Positions 12,949 to 26,035 of a stretch of 64,000 nt of DNA are shown piece by piece. The notes beneath the pieces were generated by a model that was not told the origin of the DNA, did no database searches, and saw nothing but the letters and a program-made list of their open reading frames with translations. Position 1 is the stretch's first letter; each line of letters opens with the position of its first letter. This DNA is from Octopus vulgaris. Its lineage: Eukaryota. Position numbers and translations under genes: made by a program. Location: the NCBI GenBank assembly GCA_951406725.2, contig OX597818.1:47926001-47990000 (forward strand), in the 5' to 3' direction.

Positions 12949-13395
12949 GGATCTTTTCGATTTGAACGGCAGTTTTTTAAAAATAATTTCCACGTAACTA
13001 AACACTTTTAAACTTCGTATACTGGTAGAATGTGTTTATAAAACATCTTTTTCTTTTGGCTTTATTGAGAAAATTCTATAGTTTGTAAGATATTTGTTGT
13101 TTTTTTTTCTTCAATTTCTGCAATTTCAACCAATCAATGACGTCTATTGAGGTGAAAACATTCTGTGCCGTATGAATATGTCCCTCGTTTAAGAAACAGA
13201 TTGGGTTTATTTACATTTCTGAAGAAAAAACGATACCTTTTCCCCCACCCCTAACCCTAACCCTAATCCTAACCCTAACTAACCCTAACCCTAAAACAGA
13301 TGGAAATGCAATAGATCGATACTAGGGTCATAATTATGGGTGACAATTTCATATGACACCGCTAGAAAAAACTGCCGTTCAAACCGAAAAGATCC
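12949..13395. mobile_element. Non-autonomous TIR element with internal (CCCTAA)n; GG-terminal, 8-9 bp TSD (Merlin- or MULE-like, unclassified)
   Basis: TIRs GGATCTTTTCGATTTGAACGGCAGTTTT / AAAACTGCCGTTCAAACCGAAAAGATCC; flanks CGCTGACAT/CGCTATCAT; second copy at 58952. Confidence 0.85.
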
Positions 13396-13649
13396 CGCTA
13401 TCATTTTATGCCTCTATAACCTGGCTGTTCTATACAGAACTATCTTACTACATCTTAACTCCAGGAAAACGTCTTTTCCAGCTGGTTAATGACGCACGAC
13501 CTGTGCCCTCCAGCTTGACAAAACCAGTAGACCATGATTTCTGGGTCTTTACCCGTCATCAGTACTGGATACCTCCTTGCTAGAAATGGCAGTCAATCGT
13601 CCCTATATCTCGTTTACAGATTTGAGAACTGTCTACTTTGCTCGTAACT

Positions 13650-13960
13650 TTATTTTATCTTTTCTCCTTTACTATTTCAGTCACTGGACTGCGGCCATGC
13701 TGTGGCCACCGTTTTGAAAAACGACCCCAACACTTATTATTTACTTAAAGTCTGAGACTTATTCTACCGGTCTCTTATACCGAAACGCTAAATTTAGAGG
13801 TCATAAACAAACCAACACCAGTTGTCATGTGGTATGTGGCACACACACACACTCAGAAAGCATTGGTTGGCCCGGGAATATAGCAAAAGACGCTTGCCCA
13901 ATGTGCTGCGCAGAGGGATTGAACCCGTGGTTGCAAAATGAGCTTCATAACCACACAGCT
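13650..13960 (-). mobile_element. Degenerate SINE A
   Basis: Diverged match to family. Confidence 0.7.
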
Positions 13961-14047
13961 AAATATTTAGCTTCATATCTTTTTGCAACAATTCAAATAC
14001 AACTCCCACCACCACCACCACCACCACCACCACGATGTATTGTTATA

Positions 14048-14488
14048 TTCTTTTACTTGTTTCAGTCATTTGACTGCGGCCATGCTGGAGTACCGCCTTT
14101 AGTCGAACAACTCGACCCCCAGGACTTATTCTTTGTAAGCCCAGTACTTATGCCATCCATCTCTTTTGCCGAATCGCTAATGTTACGGGGACGTAAACTC
14201 ACCAACATCGGTTGTCAAGCGATAGTGGTGGGACAAACACAGACACACAAATAGATACATACATACATACATACATACATACATACATACATACATACAT
14301 ACATACATACATACATACATACATACGATGGGCTTCTTTCAGTCTCCGTCTACCAAATCTACTCACAAGGCTTTGGTCGGCCCGTGGCTATAGTAGAAGA
14401 CAATTGGCCAAGGTGCCACGCAGTGGGACTGAACCCGGAACCATGTGGTTGGGAAGCAAGCTTCTTAATACACAGCCACTCCTGCGCC
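14048..14488 (-). mobile_element. SINE A
   Basis: Full-length; internal (CATA)n. Confidence 0.9.
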
Positions 14489-14521
14489 TCTTACCTGTTT
14501 ACTTTTACAAATGACTATATC

Positions 14522-14925
14522 TGACTGTGTGGTAGGAAGCTTGCTCCCCAACCACTTGGTTCCGGGTTCAGTCTCACTGCACGGTACCTTGGGCAAGTAT
14601 CTTGTACCATAGCCTCGGGACGGCCAAAGCCTTGTGAGTGGATTTGGTAGACGGAAACTGAAAGAAGCCCGTCGTATACACACACACGTATATACATTTG
14701 TGTGTGTGTGTTTGCGTGTGTGTGTGTGTCAGTCTTTGTTCCCCCATCATCGCTTGACAACCGATGCAGGTGTGTTTAGGTACCCGTAACATAGCGGTTC
14801 GGCAAAGAATAAGAACTAGGCTTATAAAGAGTAAGTCTCGGAGTAGATTTCTTTGACTAAAAAAAACCCTTAAGGTGGTGCTCCAGCATGGCCACTGTCA
14901 AATAACTGAGGCAAAAAAGAAAAAG
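14522..14925 (+). mobile_element. SINE A
   Basis: Head-to-head with the preceding copy. Confidence 0.88.
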
Positions 14926-15059
14926 AAAAACATTTTTGTGTGAATTCTACCCATTCTTCCCAATCACAAAATCCTTAATTAACAAGACTTTTCTTTTTGC
15001 CCCTCGGTCGTGCCCCGATGGCTATTCCCTAATATCTTTGTCCTAATCACCGTATTTAA

Positions 15060-15225
15060 GGCGTCGAGCTGGCTGAATCGTTAGCGCGTCGGGCAAAAAT
15101 GGTTAGTAGTATTTCTTAGTAGCATTTCGTTCTCAGTTCAAATCCCGCCGAGGTCAACTTTGCCTTTCCTCTCTTTGGAGTCGATGAAGAAGCGACGAAG
15201 TACTGGGCTCGATGTAATCGACTAA
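15060..15225 (+). mobile_element. Degenerate SINE B
   Basis: Head and central domain recognisable. Confidence 0.7.
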
Positions 15226-15713
15226 CCCACTCCGGCCAACGTAGCTGACCTTGAACCCTGCAGCTGACCGACGTCCCTTTCAGGAGGTCAGGTATTTTAT
15301 GAACCATGAAAACTGGGTATCCAGCCTTAAGAGTCCAAAAGCTCGAAAAAATCAAATCAAATCATGGTATTTAATTTTACTGTGATTGGTTATCTCTGAT
15401 GTTGTACAGATTGGAAATAATCAGACACATCTTTGCTTGTAACTATTACATCGGTTCCTTACACTTTCTTTCGCATCCACTATCGAGCACTCCATCGGGT
15501 GTTCAAACCATATCTGTATCATGTTAAAACACAGGGTCGCTGGTTTTCGTACATTGAATAGGCTTCACTGTTCGTAACCAACGCAACGACTTCCTCTCTA
15601 TTTCTACACACACTCATCAAACGCGAAGTGTTACCAACTGAATTGAGAATAAATTCTTTGCTGTAAAGATTTAATAAGACAGAAATAAGTCAGTTCAAAT
15701 AAGTCAATAAAAA

Positions 15714-16530
15714 GGCGGCGAGCTGGCAGAAACGTTAGCGCGCCGGGCGAAAGGCTTAGCAGTATTTCGTCTGCCGCTACGTTCTGAGTTCAAATTCCAC
15801 CGAGGTCGACTTTGCCTTTCATCCTTCCGGGGTCGATTAAATAAGTACCAGATACGCACTGGGGTTGATATAATCGATTTAATCCGATTGTCTATCCTTG
15901 TTTGTCCCCTCTATGTTTAGCCCCTTTTGGGCAATAAGGAAATAAGAAACGTTAGCACGCCGGGCGAAATGCTTAGCGGTATTTCGTCTGTCTTTACGTT
16001 CTGAATTCAAATTCCGCCGAGGTCAACTTTACCTTTCATCCTTTCGGGGTCGATTAAATAAGTACCAGTTACGCACTGGGGTCGATATAATCGATTTAAT
16101 CCGTTTGTCTGTTCTTGTTTGTCCTCTCTGTGTTTAGCCCCTTGTGGGTAGTAAAGAAATAGGTATTTCGTTTGCCGTTACGGTCTGAGTTCAAATTCCG
16201 CCGAGGTCGACTTTGCCTTTCATCCTTCCGGGGTCGATAAATCAAGTAGCAGTTACGGACTGGTGTCGATATAATCGACTTAATCCCTTTATCTGTCCTT
16301 GTTTGTCCCTTCTGTGTTTAGCCCCTTGTGTGTAGTAAAGAAATAGGTATTTCGTCTGCCGCTACGTTCTGAGCTCAAATTCTGCCGAGGTCGACTTTGC
16401 CTTTCATCCTTCCGGGGTCGATAAATTAAGTACCAGTTACGCACTGGAGTCGATGTAATCGACTTAATCTCTTTATCTGTGCTTGTTTGTCCTCTCTATG
16501 TTAAGCCCCTTGTGGATAATTCAGAAATTA
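15714..16530 (+). mobile_element. SINE B tandem concatemer (4 units)
   Basis: One full head followed by three 5'-shortened units; AGAAATAAGTCAGTTCA occurs on both flanks. Confidence 0.9.
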
Positions 16531-16879
16531 GAAATAAGTCAGTTCATTTAACTAGCTTGCTTTAGATGAGAAAATCTACTACTAAATACAGTTTTTATTT
16601 TTTATATGCTAAATACAAGTAGAGGGAGATTTTGCATTCCAAACGCACAGACTGTCTCAGTTATTTGAAATCTTTCAACTCATTAAATTGAATGACTCTA
16701 CTGTACGAGGCTGCTGTATGAGTATTTAGTGTGTATATGATGAAACTCCAAGCAACGACGTTACTAGTTCCAGGACTATATGAATTACATATTTCACTCT
16801 CCTGTGTATTCATCCGCTATCCTTGTCTCGTGTGATTCATATAACAGAGTGTGTGCGTTTATGCATACATAGGTAAAAA

Positions 16880-17100
16880 GGCGGCGAGCTGGCAGAATCG
16901 TTAGCACGCCGGGCGAAATGCGTAGCCGTATTTCGCCTGTTGTTACGTTCTGTGTTCAAATTCCGCCGAGGTCGACTTTGCCTTTCATCCTTTCGGAGTC
17001 GATAAATTAAGTACCAGTTACACATTGGGGTCGATGTAATCGACTTAATCCGTTTGTCTGTCCCCTCTGTGTGTAGCCCCTTGTGGGCAGTAAAGAAATA
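16880..17100 (+). mobile_element. SINE B
   Basis: Full-length; TSD ATAGGTAAAA. Confidence 0.9.
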
Positions 17101-17437
17101 GGTAAAACTGTGTGATCATCACTTTCGCTCCACAACCACGTCGTTTCGGTTTCTGGCCCGACTGAATTTGCATCTTGAGCAAGTGGCGTCTACTATAGTC
17201 TTAGATAGATTAATGCCTTGTAGCGGAAATAGGTCGAAGGAAAATGTGACGAAGCCTGTCGTGTGAGTGTGTGAGCGTGTGTGTGTGTGTGTGAGAGTGT
17301 GAATATGTGTGAGTGTGTGTATGTGTGGGATGGACTCTCATGTCGAGGACGGCGTATGGTCGTTCACTGGTTCGAACTGAATAACCTTCTCATTGATATA
17401 AAATACAAAGTGGCTATATCGATCACTGAGCTCCTTC

Positions 17438-17516
17438 AGCAGAACGAACGGAAGAGCAACTCGATCGGTTTCGCCGGTCATTACCAGCTCATCAGGAATG
17501 TTTACTTCGTTCTGCT
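17438..17516 (-). ncRNA. Candidate type I hammerhead ribozyme
   Basis: Minus: ATTC-CTGATGA-GCTGGT aatg ACCGGC-GAAA-ccga-TC-GAGT, inside outer stem AGCAGAACGAA/TTCGTTCTGCT. Confidence 0.65.
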
Positions 17517-17828
17517 TATAAATATAATATTTTAGAGTTAGCTTGAAAAATATGATTAGTACAGACACCAGTTTTACTCATTTGGATATCTGTATAATCA
17601 TTGGCATCGCATATTTATTAACTAAACTCTGTTATAATTTCTAACGCAGTCATAAAACAGAAATTTCGTGGGAGCGAATGTCAGTTGATTTATCGATCTA
17701 CAGAAAATAAAAAAAGATACTGTGGCACTGGATGGAATTGAAAGTCAGGACCTAAAATACCATAGCTTAATGGCATAAGGCGCTCTAAAAATTCCGTCGG
17801 TCCGACTCTTTAGCTAGACGTAATAATA

Positions 17829-18352
17829 CTGTAAATCCTCGAGTATAATCCGCATTTCCCCCCAAAATTTAAAGGTCAAAATCCCTACTGCGTACTATAT
17901 ACGAGGTTAAAAATGAAAATTATTTTCTAAGCAATGTCCGTGTTTCTATTTGCTATCCGGCAATTTTTATTCAGACGCATTTTGTGATGTTGGACGTGAA
18001 AATACCGTAAGCTAATCCTGAAAGCAATGAAGTCATAAAAGAATCATCCATAACTTGCAGTAAGCAACATCTATTAAAATAAAAGTAAGTATTCAGAACA
18101 CAGAATAACATGTAACAAAAACAATTTGCAAACATATTTACATTCCCATATAACAGTTAAGAACATCACCATTATTGTATTACGCATGCACGGAAGTGTT
18201 TGTTCGACTAGGTGCTGCTGGCTTAATTACGCACGACTCAAGTTAGAGAAGGGATGCGTATTATACACAAGGTTTAGGTTTTTCAGAGGCACAGCCCTCT
18301 AAAAATCCCCTGCGTATTATAATCAAGGGCGGACTATACTCGAGGATTTACA
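17829..18352. mobile_element. Second copy of the Tc2/pogo-like MITE, opposite orientation
   Basis: Same TIRs and arms as 4830-5329. Confidence 0.88.
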
Positions 18353-18356
18353 TAAT

Positions 18357-18446
18357 CTCTGTGAAACGAAAGAATTAGTCTCCGCTGATGAACCGGTAAT
18401 TACCAGTCGAAACTAGTTTAGCTGTTCGTCGGTTCGTTCTGCAGAG
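18357..18446 (+). ncRNA. Decayed hammerhead motif related to 17438-17516
   Basis: CTGATGA-ACCGGT aatt ACCAGT-c-GAAA-ctag-TT; outer stem ends TTCGTTCTGC; proximal stem I poor. Confidence 0.45.
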
Positions 18447-18679
18447 AATGCCATGTTGTTTAACCACGGGTGAGGTTAAATATATGGTTATTATATATAG
18501 AATGTAAGTTTATTTAGACCTTATCAATGCACAGTTGAAGCCGCTTATTGTGATCACTTTGGGATGGAACCTTTTAAATTATAATAACTCGTTGATGACA
18601 CTAAGCAGAGGACATAATAACATACTTAGCTTGTATGGGATCCGCTAATTTAGATAATAATAACCGTTTACTAATATTA

Positions 18680-18724
18680 AATATATACACACATGCGTAC
18701 ATACATTCACATACACCTGTGTGT

Positions 18725-18759
<35 letters not shown>

Positions 18760-18799
18760 CATATGTATGTATATATACACACACACACACATATGTATG

Positions 18800-18864
<65 letters not shown>

Positions 18865-19016
18865 GCACACATCCCTCCCCATACACAACATATAACTGTG
18901 TATATGTATACGCAGATGTATTTATGTGTGCATATGTTGTACACACCTGTGCATTGCTGTATATGTTTATCTCTACCTATCTGTCTACACTTATAAATGT
19001 ATGTGTATGCGTATTC

Positions 19017-19054
<38 letters not shown>

Positions 19055-19119
19055 ATATATATATATGTACAATATATATATTAGTATATATACTCACACA
19101 TACACATTCGTACACATAT

Positions 19120-19175
<56 letters not shown>
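18680..19175. repeat. Compound (CA)n/(TA)n microsatellite
   Basis: Direct reading. Confidence 0.92.
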
Positions 19176-21108
19176 GATACCGTGACATAGTGATTGAAGT
19201 CTAATCAGAACGATTCCTTTCCGTGGCATATATTCTGACTGGCATTGACCATTCCAGTGTGCCAACGTTTTGAATGCGGTGGAGAAGCATTGGAGCCTTC
19301 CCAATAACACACAAATCAGTTTACACGAAATGACAGCTGTATTTCTCTGTAAGTTTCGTCAAATGTGCAGGGCTTCCATACAATAGAATTATCAGGCCAC
19401 TCGTTGGCCAAAGAGATGTTGTTTCCGACACGACACACACACTAAGAAGCCCGTGAAAGCCATGCAGCGAAAGTCAAACGTTGAGGCGACGATGAAGGTG
19501 AAGTCTGTTTGGACTCGAACTCCTTGACAGTCCTGTATCCTGGTAAATATGTCATACCGTATTATGTTTCTCACTAACATCCTTTCACAATAATGTTGTT
19601 TTTTTTTTTTAAACTAATTCTATCGCTAATCAGACGCACATTTATTAGCTGGAGCAGTCGTAGGTCTTCCTCAAACTCAGGCTGGTTTTTACCCTAAGGC
19701 AACGAATTGCTTAAATAAACACATTTCTTGATGACAACAACATAGATCAGAGAAGGTGGGTGAAGGATTTGTTTAGATGAGGAAGAGAGAAATTATAAAA
19801 ACAAACAAAAAGTGTGAAGGATAATAAAATAAGTAAATAAAACGATTGGCAGGCGTGCGAGGGAGGAAGGGATAGAATGAAGGGGGCAGGCAAAGATAGA
19901 ATGTAATAGAAACCAAGCTAGCGCCAGGAGTATTTTTCCACCGGAGGGCGAGTTAGAACTCGCTCCCTTCATATCTTAAACTTACAATAATGCTTACATT
20001 TATATATTAATTATATCTATGGCTTTCTTTGTTTCTTTCGTTTCCTTTGTCTGTAGGGACACTGAAGCAGATTCACAATGGGAAAAACGTCGCATGCTGT
20101 GACGTTCATACCTTTCCTATTTGGTATTAACTGCGTTGAGTTAAATGGCTGAAACCGGAAATCAAAACTGCATCACCGGAAGCTTAGTCTTCGTTTAACG
20201 ATGCTTGCATGTTAATGGTGGTGCCAGTGGTGGTGGATCTCCGTCGTTTGACGATGAATATCCCGTTGTTCGATCAACTGAATAATCTGCTCTTGAATTA
20301 ACGTGAGCGTTCCGCAGACATGCATCCTTAACGTAATTCTCAGACTGAATCAAAATGACACAGTCTGCATGATAAGGTTGTACCTTTTGAATCACATGTA
20401 CAATCTATCTGACAACTTGCACTTACGCCATTTTACTTACAATATTAAAAACAGATATTAAAAAGCTACACTTGCGAATTTGTCCAAGATACCTCGCACA
20501 GCGAGATCGAACCCGGGATCTTGTAGTTGCAAAATGCATTTCATAGCCATCCGTTCATAATGTGGTAAAATTGGCCTCAGCGGGATTTGAACTCAAAATG
20601 TAAAATACCACAAAAATTTATTTTTCTGACTCTCAAACCATTCTGCCAGCTCATCACCATAACTGAACCTAAAAATAATTGCTTCAAATTTTGGCACAAT
20701 GCCAGTAATTTTAGGGCTAGGGTATTAGTCGATCCCTTTGATCCCAGTACTGAACTGGCACTTTATTTTATCAACCTCGAAAGATAAACTTGACCACCGA
20801 GGGATTTAAACTCAGAATATAGACCATCGTAAGATATGCCGCTACGCATTTTGCCCAGTGTGCCTTCGATTCTGCTAGTTCTTCCCTATATTGGCTTCAA
20901 ATTTTGGCACAACGTCATCAAGTTCATTGGAGGCCGGGGCTATTTGATTATATCGACCCACGTGCCCAACTGGTATTTATATATCGTTAATATATATATA
21001 TATAGTTAATGCTTGAAATCAATATTTCTCCACCTGTATGCGATTTGTGATCCACATTCGGAAAAGTAATCAAACATAGATATTACAAGAGACAACTATT
21101 TTCAGGGC

Positions 21109-21605
<497 letters not shown>

Positions 21606-21607
21606 CA

Positions 21608-21672
<65 letters not shown>

Positions 21673-21917
21673 ACTTAGTAATAATATTTTAAAATTTTGG
21701 CATAAGACCAACACGTTCGAGGAAGCGGGTAAGTCAATTACATTGACCTCAGTGCTTAGTAGGTTCCTATTTTATCGATTTCGAAAGGACGAAAGGTAAA
21801 GTCGTCCTGGCTGAATTTGAACTCAGAACGTAAAGTTAGATGAAACGCCGCTGAGCATTTTACCCGGCGTGCTAACCTTTCTGCGAACTCACCGTTTTAT
21901 CTGAACTGGCAAATATT

Positions 21918-22471
21918 CTTTTCCATTCTAGGCACAAGGCCCAAAATGTTGTGGGGAGTCGATTAGATCGACCTCAATACGCAACTGTTACTTAATTTAT
22001 CGACCCCGGAAGGATGAAAGGCAAAGTCGACCTCGGCGGAATTTGAACTCAGAACGTAAAGACAGACGAAATACCTCTTTCTTTACTACCCACAAGGGGC
22101 TAAACACAGAGAGGACAAACAAGGACATACAAATGGATTAAGTCAATTATATCGACCCCAGTGCGTAACTGGTACTTATTTAATCGACCCCGAAAGGATG
22201 AAAGGCAAAGTCGACCTCGGCGGAATTTGAACTCAGAACGTAACGGCAGACGAAATACCACTAAGCATTTCGCCCGGAGTGCTAACGTTTCTGCCAACTC
22301 TCCCGCTTATCTGAACTGGCAAATATTCTTTTCTTCTCTCGGCACAAGACTCGAAATTTTGTGGGGAGTCGATTAGATTGATCCCAGTACGCAACTGTAA
22401 CTTAATTTGTCGACCCCGAAAGGATGAAAGGCAAAGTCGACCTTTGCTAACGATTCTGCCAGCTCTCCCTC
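21918..22471 (-). mobile_element. SINE B cluster (dimer plus deleted copy) separated by a triplicated 21-bp site
   Basis: TTATCT(G/A)AACTGGCAAATATT at about 21897, 22307 and 22472. Confidence 0.85.
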
Positions 22472-22865
22472 TTATCTAAACTGGCAAATATTAAGAAAAA
22501 TCTTTTTTGAAAAACCCTATTTTTGGTTCTTTTAATCTTTATGAGTCATTTTATTATTGTAAGAATTTTAATCTCAAAACACTGAACAAAGCAGAATGGC
22601 AGAAATTTACTTGCAAAAAGTTGCCAAGAGGTAAATCGAATAAAGAAGGGGTTGAACAGGGTTGCGTCTGAAAACTCATGCACTGCGCCGCACGCATTCT
22701 CGCCTACATGTTCCTCTATATATCTCCATATATGCATGTTTGAATGTTTGGGCATGTGTATACACACTCACACACACACACACACACACACGTACGCACG
22801 CACGCACAGGCACTAAGTCACGTATATCTATATATTTTCTCCCTATTCTAAATTATTTGAATTTT

Positions 22866-23015
22866 GTATGTATGTATGTATGTATGTATGTATGTATGTA
22901 TGTATGAATGTATGTATGTATGTATGTATGCATGCATATATGTGTGTGTGCATGTATGTATGAATTATTTCTATTAGCTCACTTTAGTTTATCCATCCAT
23001 CCATCCATTCATCAG

Positions 23016-23109
<94 letters not shown>

Positions 23110-23140
23110 CACCTATCTGTCTATCTATCTATCTATCCAC
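22866..23140. repeat. (TATG)n and (TATC)n microsatellites
   Basis: Direct reading. Confidence 0.92.
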
Positions 23141-23939
23141 ACACGCGCGCACGAGCACATACTCACACGTATATATTCAGTTATAATTTAAATAATTTTA
23201 CATCAATCTGAAAGGTTTACTTTGTACTTTTGTAGAATACAAATTTACTATTTCTAAAGAAGAATATCAATGCAGTGTGACTTCGAAGTGTCGGTCAGTT
23301 AAGTCACCGTCTGACGATATCACCCACCACGGTTCCATTTCCATTTTCCAAACCATTGACTGCTTCACATTCGCCTCCCAAAACGTAATTTATAACATTA
23401 AATGATAATTTCAAGGATTGTGATACTTAATACATTTATGCCTGGCTGGATTCAATGTAAGACATCTGCAGTGCTAATGACGCCTATTGTGGCAGAAACA
23501 GGTATTAGTTGTCCTTTCTCCAGAATAGAAAACAAAAATCAAAATAGATTGCATTTTTCATAGTGGTACATTAATTCTAAATAATTGTTGATTGTTTGAG
23601 ATTATCCCACTTCTCATTCAAACTCGGTTCCAAACTAAATTTCATTCCTAAAGTATTGACGAATCCGAGACTTTAGTAGAAAATAGTTTCCGAAAGTGCC
23701 ATACAGTGGTTCGATATCGGAACTATGCGATTGCAAAGTAAACTTTACTCCATAGCCATGTAAATATAAACATTGTAACATAAAAACCTAGATTACAAAA
23801 TATAAAATTGATGTATCTAACACACATTATATATCGAGACTGGGTTAACCTTTAAGGAAAACAATAAACCTGTACTTTGAGTACAAAGATAAAAGACCTT
23901 CACAAAGAGTATGTGGCACCGACTTCACCACGGTACAAA

Positions 23940-24312
23940 TCTATATATATAAAGCTGAAGTTGTCTGTGTATGGTAAGTTTTGTAGCCTTCGACTAACAC
24001 TATCTCCTCCGAGTCCCTGCGGCGCAAGTTGACCAAAATTGAGAGTGTGACTTGCTCTTCATTCCCTAGAAGATAAAATTGAAATCGGACCATGTTAACA
24101 CCAAAAATTATTTACATCAAAAAGGTGCTTTTTTTCTATGAAAATCCCTATTTTTTACGTTTTTTTGACTGCTGTGTCTCCATTTTTCGGTGAATTTCAA
24201 CCAGAAAAATGTTCACTTAAAGAGAATAACAAGCTACATAATGCAAAATTTTCAAAAATTCCAATTCTAAAGGGTCGAAACAAACCCGAGCAACGCCGGG
24301 CGATACTGCTAG
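23940..24312 (+). mobile_element. Non-autonomous Helitron-like element
   Basis: 5' TC, subterminal hairpin CCCGAGCAACGCCGGG, 3' CTAG, inserted between A and T with no TSD; second copy at 51368. Confidence 0.85.
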
Positions 24313-24335
24313 TACCAAATAATAATAGGTTTTCA

Positions 24336-24763
24336 CAGGGTCGGATTAAAACCCATCGAGGCCCTAAGCACTTAAAAGGTTTTGGTTCCCCCATAAAAGA
24401 TTACGTAATTCAATATATAAACAATAACAAACCATAAAATAAATAACTTTTCAAAACAAAACAAATCAGTAAGAGGGAAAATAACGTTTATTTTTGTATT
24501 CTTCCACTTTATTTATATTTGAAAAGTTTCCTCCTACTTTTTGGAATTGGAAAGTCTTCGATCGGATCCTAAAAAATAATCTTAGGTAACACATCTGCAT
24601 CTATACTTAGTAGAGATAAAGGCATCCCGAATATTATTTTAACAAGATTAAAGTGATTTCTTTTGTGCCGTAAACCATTTACTATCTCTGTGGTGCCCCC
24701 TCCTTCCCTTGATACCCTAAGCACGTTCTTATTTTGCTTAATGGCAAAAAAAAACCAGTGCTG
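24336..24763. mobile_element. Decayed hAT-like non-autonomous element
   Basis: CAGGGTCGGATT...CCAGTGCTG termini, subterminal CCCTAAGCAC near both ends, flanks GGTTTTCA/GGTTTTAT. Confidence 0.6.
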
Positions 24764-25253
24764 GGTTTTATTTAATTGAATTCAAACTTAAGAGAATTTA
24801 CACATTTGTTTTCCTTCTTACCTTACATATAAGTAAATAATTTGCTTGTATTGCTTACTGTTATTTTATAGTAAATGCATAGAATCATAAAATCAGATTA
24901 TTTAAGTCGAATCTGGCGTGTGAAGTGATGGATGTCGGAAGAAACCGGAATAATTCACCTAGTATTTCACAGTGACCCTTGTCATTAGTTTGAAGGGGGT
25001 CTCAGTAATAATGGATAGTACATAGAGAATCAGTTGGCTTTATGAGTGTGTTTGTGTGTGTGTGTATGTATGTATGTATGTATGAATGTATGTACGTATC
25101 TATGTGTGTGTGTGTGTGTGTGTGTTTATGTTCAGTGATAATTAAAACGATCTGATGGATTTCTCTATAATATTGTAGAGTACAAATTTATTATTCTTAA
25201 ACAAGAATATTATTGACAATGACTTCGAAGTTTCGGCCAGTTAAGTCAGCGTC

Positions 25254-25300
<47 letters not shown>

Positions 25301-25303
<3 letters not shown>

Positions 25304-25488
25304 CGGAGTAAGCACATAAATTTGAAACAAGGTGGAAAAAAAGAGTGCTCAAATACCAGGTGTAGAGTAAAGTGCTTTATTAAAAGTAGCAGAAATATCA
25401 CAAAAACTGTTACTCAGAGTTTCGCGTTCCACTGTCCGACGAACCTGAGTAACAGTTTTTGTGATATTTCTGCTGTTTTTAATAAAAT
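25301..25488. mobile_element. Penelope-like terminal fragment with fold-back and split hammerhead
   Basis: Inverted arms 25376-25417/25445-25486; GAAA-CTCTGAG-TA-ACAG on minus and CTGT-CCGACGA on plus; microsatellite flanks. Confidence 0.6.
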
Positions 25489-25567
25489 GTGTGTGTATAT
25501 ATATATATATATCGTCCGTAAAAAACAAATTCGAAAGAAGAAGCAGCGTACTCTAAGATATAGAGCA

Positions 25568-25770
25568 GTATATATATTAAAAATGGGGAAAGCTGGTTTA
25601 TGGGATTGCCTTAGGTTTCCCGTCCATAAAGGGATTAGCTTTATGGCGTATCGTCAGATCCCAAAACAGGTTTTGAGGGTCTGACGATACGCCATAAAGC
25701 TAAACCCTTTTTGGACTGGAAACCTAAGCTAATCCTATAAACCGGCCTACCCCATTTTCAATATATATAC
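25568..25770. ncRNA. About 200-bp palindrome made of two back-to-back type I hammerheads
   Basis: Minus 25602-25662: GGGAT-CTGACGA-stem II-GAAA-CCTAAGG-CA-ATCCC; plus 25676-25736: AGGGT-CTGACGA-stem II-GAAA-CCTAAGC-TA-ATCCT. Confidence 0.7.
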
Positions 25771-26035
25771 ATATATATATATAGTAGAGTAAGAAATAGA
25801 AATATATATATAGTAGAATAAGAAATATAAAATTCTTGGTCAGTATTATATATTTGAAAGGTGAATAGGAATGGCGTTTCTGACAATTTTCACTTTAATA
25901 ATTAGAAGCTGATAAGTTTACAAACAGTTACTAACTTATAAACAACTAATTATTAAAGTGGAAAAATTATCAGAAAAGCCATTTCTATTAATTTTTTTTG
26001 TGTATGTGTATATATATATATATATATATATAAAT

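Noticed and set aside
13249-13294. Chromosome end or fusion scar
   Set aside because: The repeats are internal to a TIR element present twice in the window
20025-20150. Polypyrimidine tract plus TAG as a splice acceptor and exon
   Set aside because: Downstream frames are short, with no recognisable protein or partner exon
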